NCBI GenBank assembly: GCA_024626585.2
Contig: JANKJI020000004.1
Coordinates: forward strand, 178,920,590-178,945,769
From: Ginkgo biloba
Lineage: Eukaryota; Plantae; Ginkgophyta
DNA length: 25,180 nucleotides
Direction: 5' to 3'
A program made the translations under genes and the position numbers. Shown piece by piece: positions 22,201 through 25,180 of the stretch. Below the pieces are notes generated by a model. The model saw only the letters and a program-made list of their open reading frames with translations, was not told the origin of the DNA and made no database searches. Numbering within the stretch: the first letter of the stretch is position 1; every line of letters begins with the position of its first letter.

Positions 22201-24004
22201 GGAAGGATAATGTTTGGCTTTGCATTGATTTTGAACTAAAGTTGATTTAGTTAAATATATATGGTAAATATTGATTAATTTGTTATGAAGTTTTAGAGCA
22301 ATTCAAACATGTTCCCCTCTTTGGCATGCCAAATAAATACAAGGAAAAAATTTACAAGGGGACTAACATTTAAACCCATAAATTCTAACACCTACAATGC
22401 CAATAATTATAATGTAAAGGAGGCCATCATGGAGTTTTTGTTTTCTTTTCCCTAAGAAAGTTTGATCTAAACTAATATTATAACCCGATAAGAATCTTTT
22501 CTAGATGTGAATTTCTTTAATTTTTTTTATTTTATTATAACCTTACAAAATTTTTAGTATATAGTAATAGATTTGAGGTTCATAATCACCCACCTTAAAT
22601 ATTTAAATTTAGCAATAAAAATTGATTAATCTTCAGTTATTCAAGCTTGGATTTGACGGTCCTCTTAGCTAATAAATGCAAGAATTGATAGTGACAACAA
22701 TATTCAATAGTATTGAATGTCTTGTAATCGATTTTGCATAGATAAGTTACTTCACTATGGCAATTNNNNNNNNNNNNNNNNNNNNNNNNNNNNNNNNNNN
22801 NNNNNNNNNNNNNNNNNNNNNNNNNNNNNNNNNNNNNNNNNNNNNNNNNNNNNNNNNNNNNNNNNAGTTTCTTTACTATGGCAATTATTTGCCATAGGCA
22901 AAGGACTAGTATGACTCTAACAAACTTGTGTGTCATTTAAAATACCTTGCAGCATTGTAAATGTAGACCTTCTATTTCTTTAAATGGTATAAAATCCTTA
23001 ATATGAACAATTTTATTTATGATTTTTATGGTATGCTTGATTATGCATCATGTAGTTCCTAATTTTCCTTCTGTATGGCTACATATGATATGTTGTTTAG
23101 TGGTTTTTGTGGACTATTGTTCTAGGCACAAAGTGTTATCACCATACAACCCCTTGAGACTTCTACCATCAATGTGTGACACTTAACTTCTTAATTAATT
23201 GTATTTTGGTATTATGATGATTCTAGTACTTCATGCACCAATACTTCTTGTTGTTCACTATTGTATTCAACTCTTATACATACTTTTGAGCATGTTTTTG
23301 GGGCTTCAAAATGGCTCATATGATGATTCTAGTATTGGTGCTTAAAGCTTCTCCATTTTGTGAATTCCTTCCATTATTGATTTTGGTATCCTTACTACTA
23401 TTGCTACTTGAGACATTATGTGATAGTGTTTGAATGTTTAAGGAGTGTTGAAGTCACATATTGAGGTGAACATTGAGGGTCATCAGTATTTGTCAGATCT
23501 ATTATCTAATCCTTAGAGCACAAAAATATATAGTAGATGATTGATATGTGCATGTTTATATAGTATTGGAGGAAGATGATAGACAATGAGACATATAGAC
23601 CATACAAGCTAATCAGACAGACTTATTCCAATAGACATAGAGTATAAAATAAGGAGAAAGAGGATTACCCCTTAAAAATTATTTTTACTACATTTTGACA
23701 TCAAATCCTCTAGTACCAAGCGAATACATCATCGCTACCATAAGACCTATGGATATTCATATGAAGAGTGTATCATGAAGAAGGGAATGACCAAGAACAA
23801 AGTCTTAATGGCATAGGAAGTAGACACACTTAGATTCAAGGACCCTAAGGTACTTCATAACTCGGTCACAACTAATATGCATCTCACTCTTATGNNNNNN
23901 NNNNNNNNNNNNNNNNNNNNNNNNNNNNNNNNNNNNNNNNNNNNNNNNNNNNNNNNNNNNNNNNNNNNNNNNNNNNNNNNNNNNNNNNNNNNNNTAGTAT
24001 GTAA

Positions 24005-25180
24005 CTTGATGAATTTGTACATAACTATGAGAGCAGGATTACCTAAGTGCAGGGGACCCAAATTTAGTTAAGTAAGGAGTTAATTGCAACTACAACCCAG
24101 GTTCTAGGAATAAGGAATATTTTGGAGAAGAAAGCATCAAAGAAGGAGTTTACAGGGTTAGTAAATAAAATTTTCAATCAATGGCTCCTAGTTAGAGTCA
24201 TGATGAACAAAGGAATTTTTGCAAAAGTAATATTGTCACCTTGGAATGATATGGCCTTCATTATTTCCAAATGTATATAAATGAAGAAACACCCATCTTA
24301 TTTGTTCACCCCACACTTTAGGTTTATGACCTTATGCAAGGCCAAGAGAGAGGTGGATCTTGTGCAATTTCTATATGAGTATGTTGATAAGAACCTCACA
24401 ACCTAGAAGGAGAACAAGGTAAAGGAATCATTCCATCCTAGATTGATTCAATTATTGCTTAATTTTTGTTTGAACAAAACTATGATGCCATAAATCCAAG
24501 TAAGAATTTCACTCGCACACTTCACTTGCACCCCATGTGTAAGTGAATTTACCACTTGCACCTCAGGTGCAAGTACATGGAGAGGAAGCAAGTAGTTCGG
24601 CACAAGTTGCAACTGCAACTAGATCAACCCAGACAGAGGAATTGGCTACCAAACTACTTTTGAAAGTAAGTACCGATATCCACAAAGTGGCCAATGAGGA
24701 TTTAATGATGGAAAATGAAGATTTAAGAAGAAGAATTAATAAAGTTGACTGCCTCATTGGGGAATTGAGAGAACAACTCCAAGCATGGGAAATTGATTCC
24801 AAGGCAATGGAATTGGAGCATGAAAATTCATCCCTGAAGGAAGAAGTTCAGAAGTTAAATGACACAAGGTCATAATTGCAGGGGATAGTAGAAGAAATGT
24901 TGGCAGAGAATGCTAAGTTGCGCCAGTAGGTTATCGCCCTCTCAAAGAGGACGGGGAATATTCCCTTAAGTGAGAAAGAATATTGGGGCTTTCTTGACCT
25001 GGAGAAGTAATATGATGGTTTGGAGAGAGAATTTGACTATTTGAGGGACTCTACAGTTAGGGGAGACTCTCAAATTGCCACACTGGAGTAGTAGATGAGC
25101 TCTTTCAAGCTCACTACTAACAATTGTGAGGAGGCCTTGGAGGAAGTTAAGGTACTACAAAGGCGATAAGAGGAGTACAA
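24005..25180 (+). pseudogene. Degenerate accessory ORF of a non-chromovirus Gypsy element: conserved N-terminal domain followed by a long coiled coil
   Basis: 24005-24493 reads LDEFVHNYESRIT*VQGTQI*LSKELIATTT...KGIFAKVILSPWNDMAFIISKCI*MKKHPSYLFTPHFRFMTLCKAKREVDLVQFLYE...ESFHPRLIQLLL. It resembles the Athila-ORF1/Transposase_32-like accessory domain as I recall it. After a frameshift, a heptad-rich frame (ORF 24543-24875) continues through isolated stops to the window end. Confidence 0.6.

Noticed and set aside
1-25180. Prokaryotic-type systems (CRISPR arrays, retrons, defence operons) suggested by the RT
   Set aside because: The RT is a plant Ty3/Gypsy type, the window has a spliceosomal intron, and there is no repeat-spacer array or operon structure.

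Overview
AT-rich, heavily gapped plant nuclear scaffold, with about 25 N-runs, many of them 100-N placeholders of unknown true size. It is most likely from a gymnosperm, judging by the retrotransposon architecture. The window is mainly decayed LTR-retrotransposon material: a Ty3/Gypsy Tat-type pol with an additional RNase H placed upstream of RT (1-1779), two degenerate accessory coiled-coil ORFs (2005-3317, 24005-25180), a diverged LTR-like repeat pair with a younger CpG-rich insertion in one copy, and two separate Ty1/Copia remnants (gag-protease at 10099-10848, RNase H at 15895-16248). In the middle are two host-gene 5' fragments on the minus strand. One is a plant TPR-like gene with an intact exon 1, a 105-nt intron and the start of exon 2, joined without an LTR to the interior of Copia gag. 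The other is an N-terminal DENR/TMA22 pseudogene fragment. No rRNA, tRNA, CRISPR array or complete intact gene was found. I see no convincing new biological system. The most interesting item is the gene-fragment/transposon chimera cluster at about 10.1-12.7 kb. All translations and alignments were done by eye and family assignments are from motif recall, not database searches.
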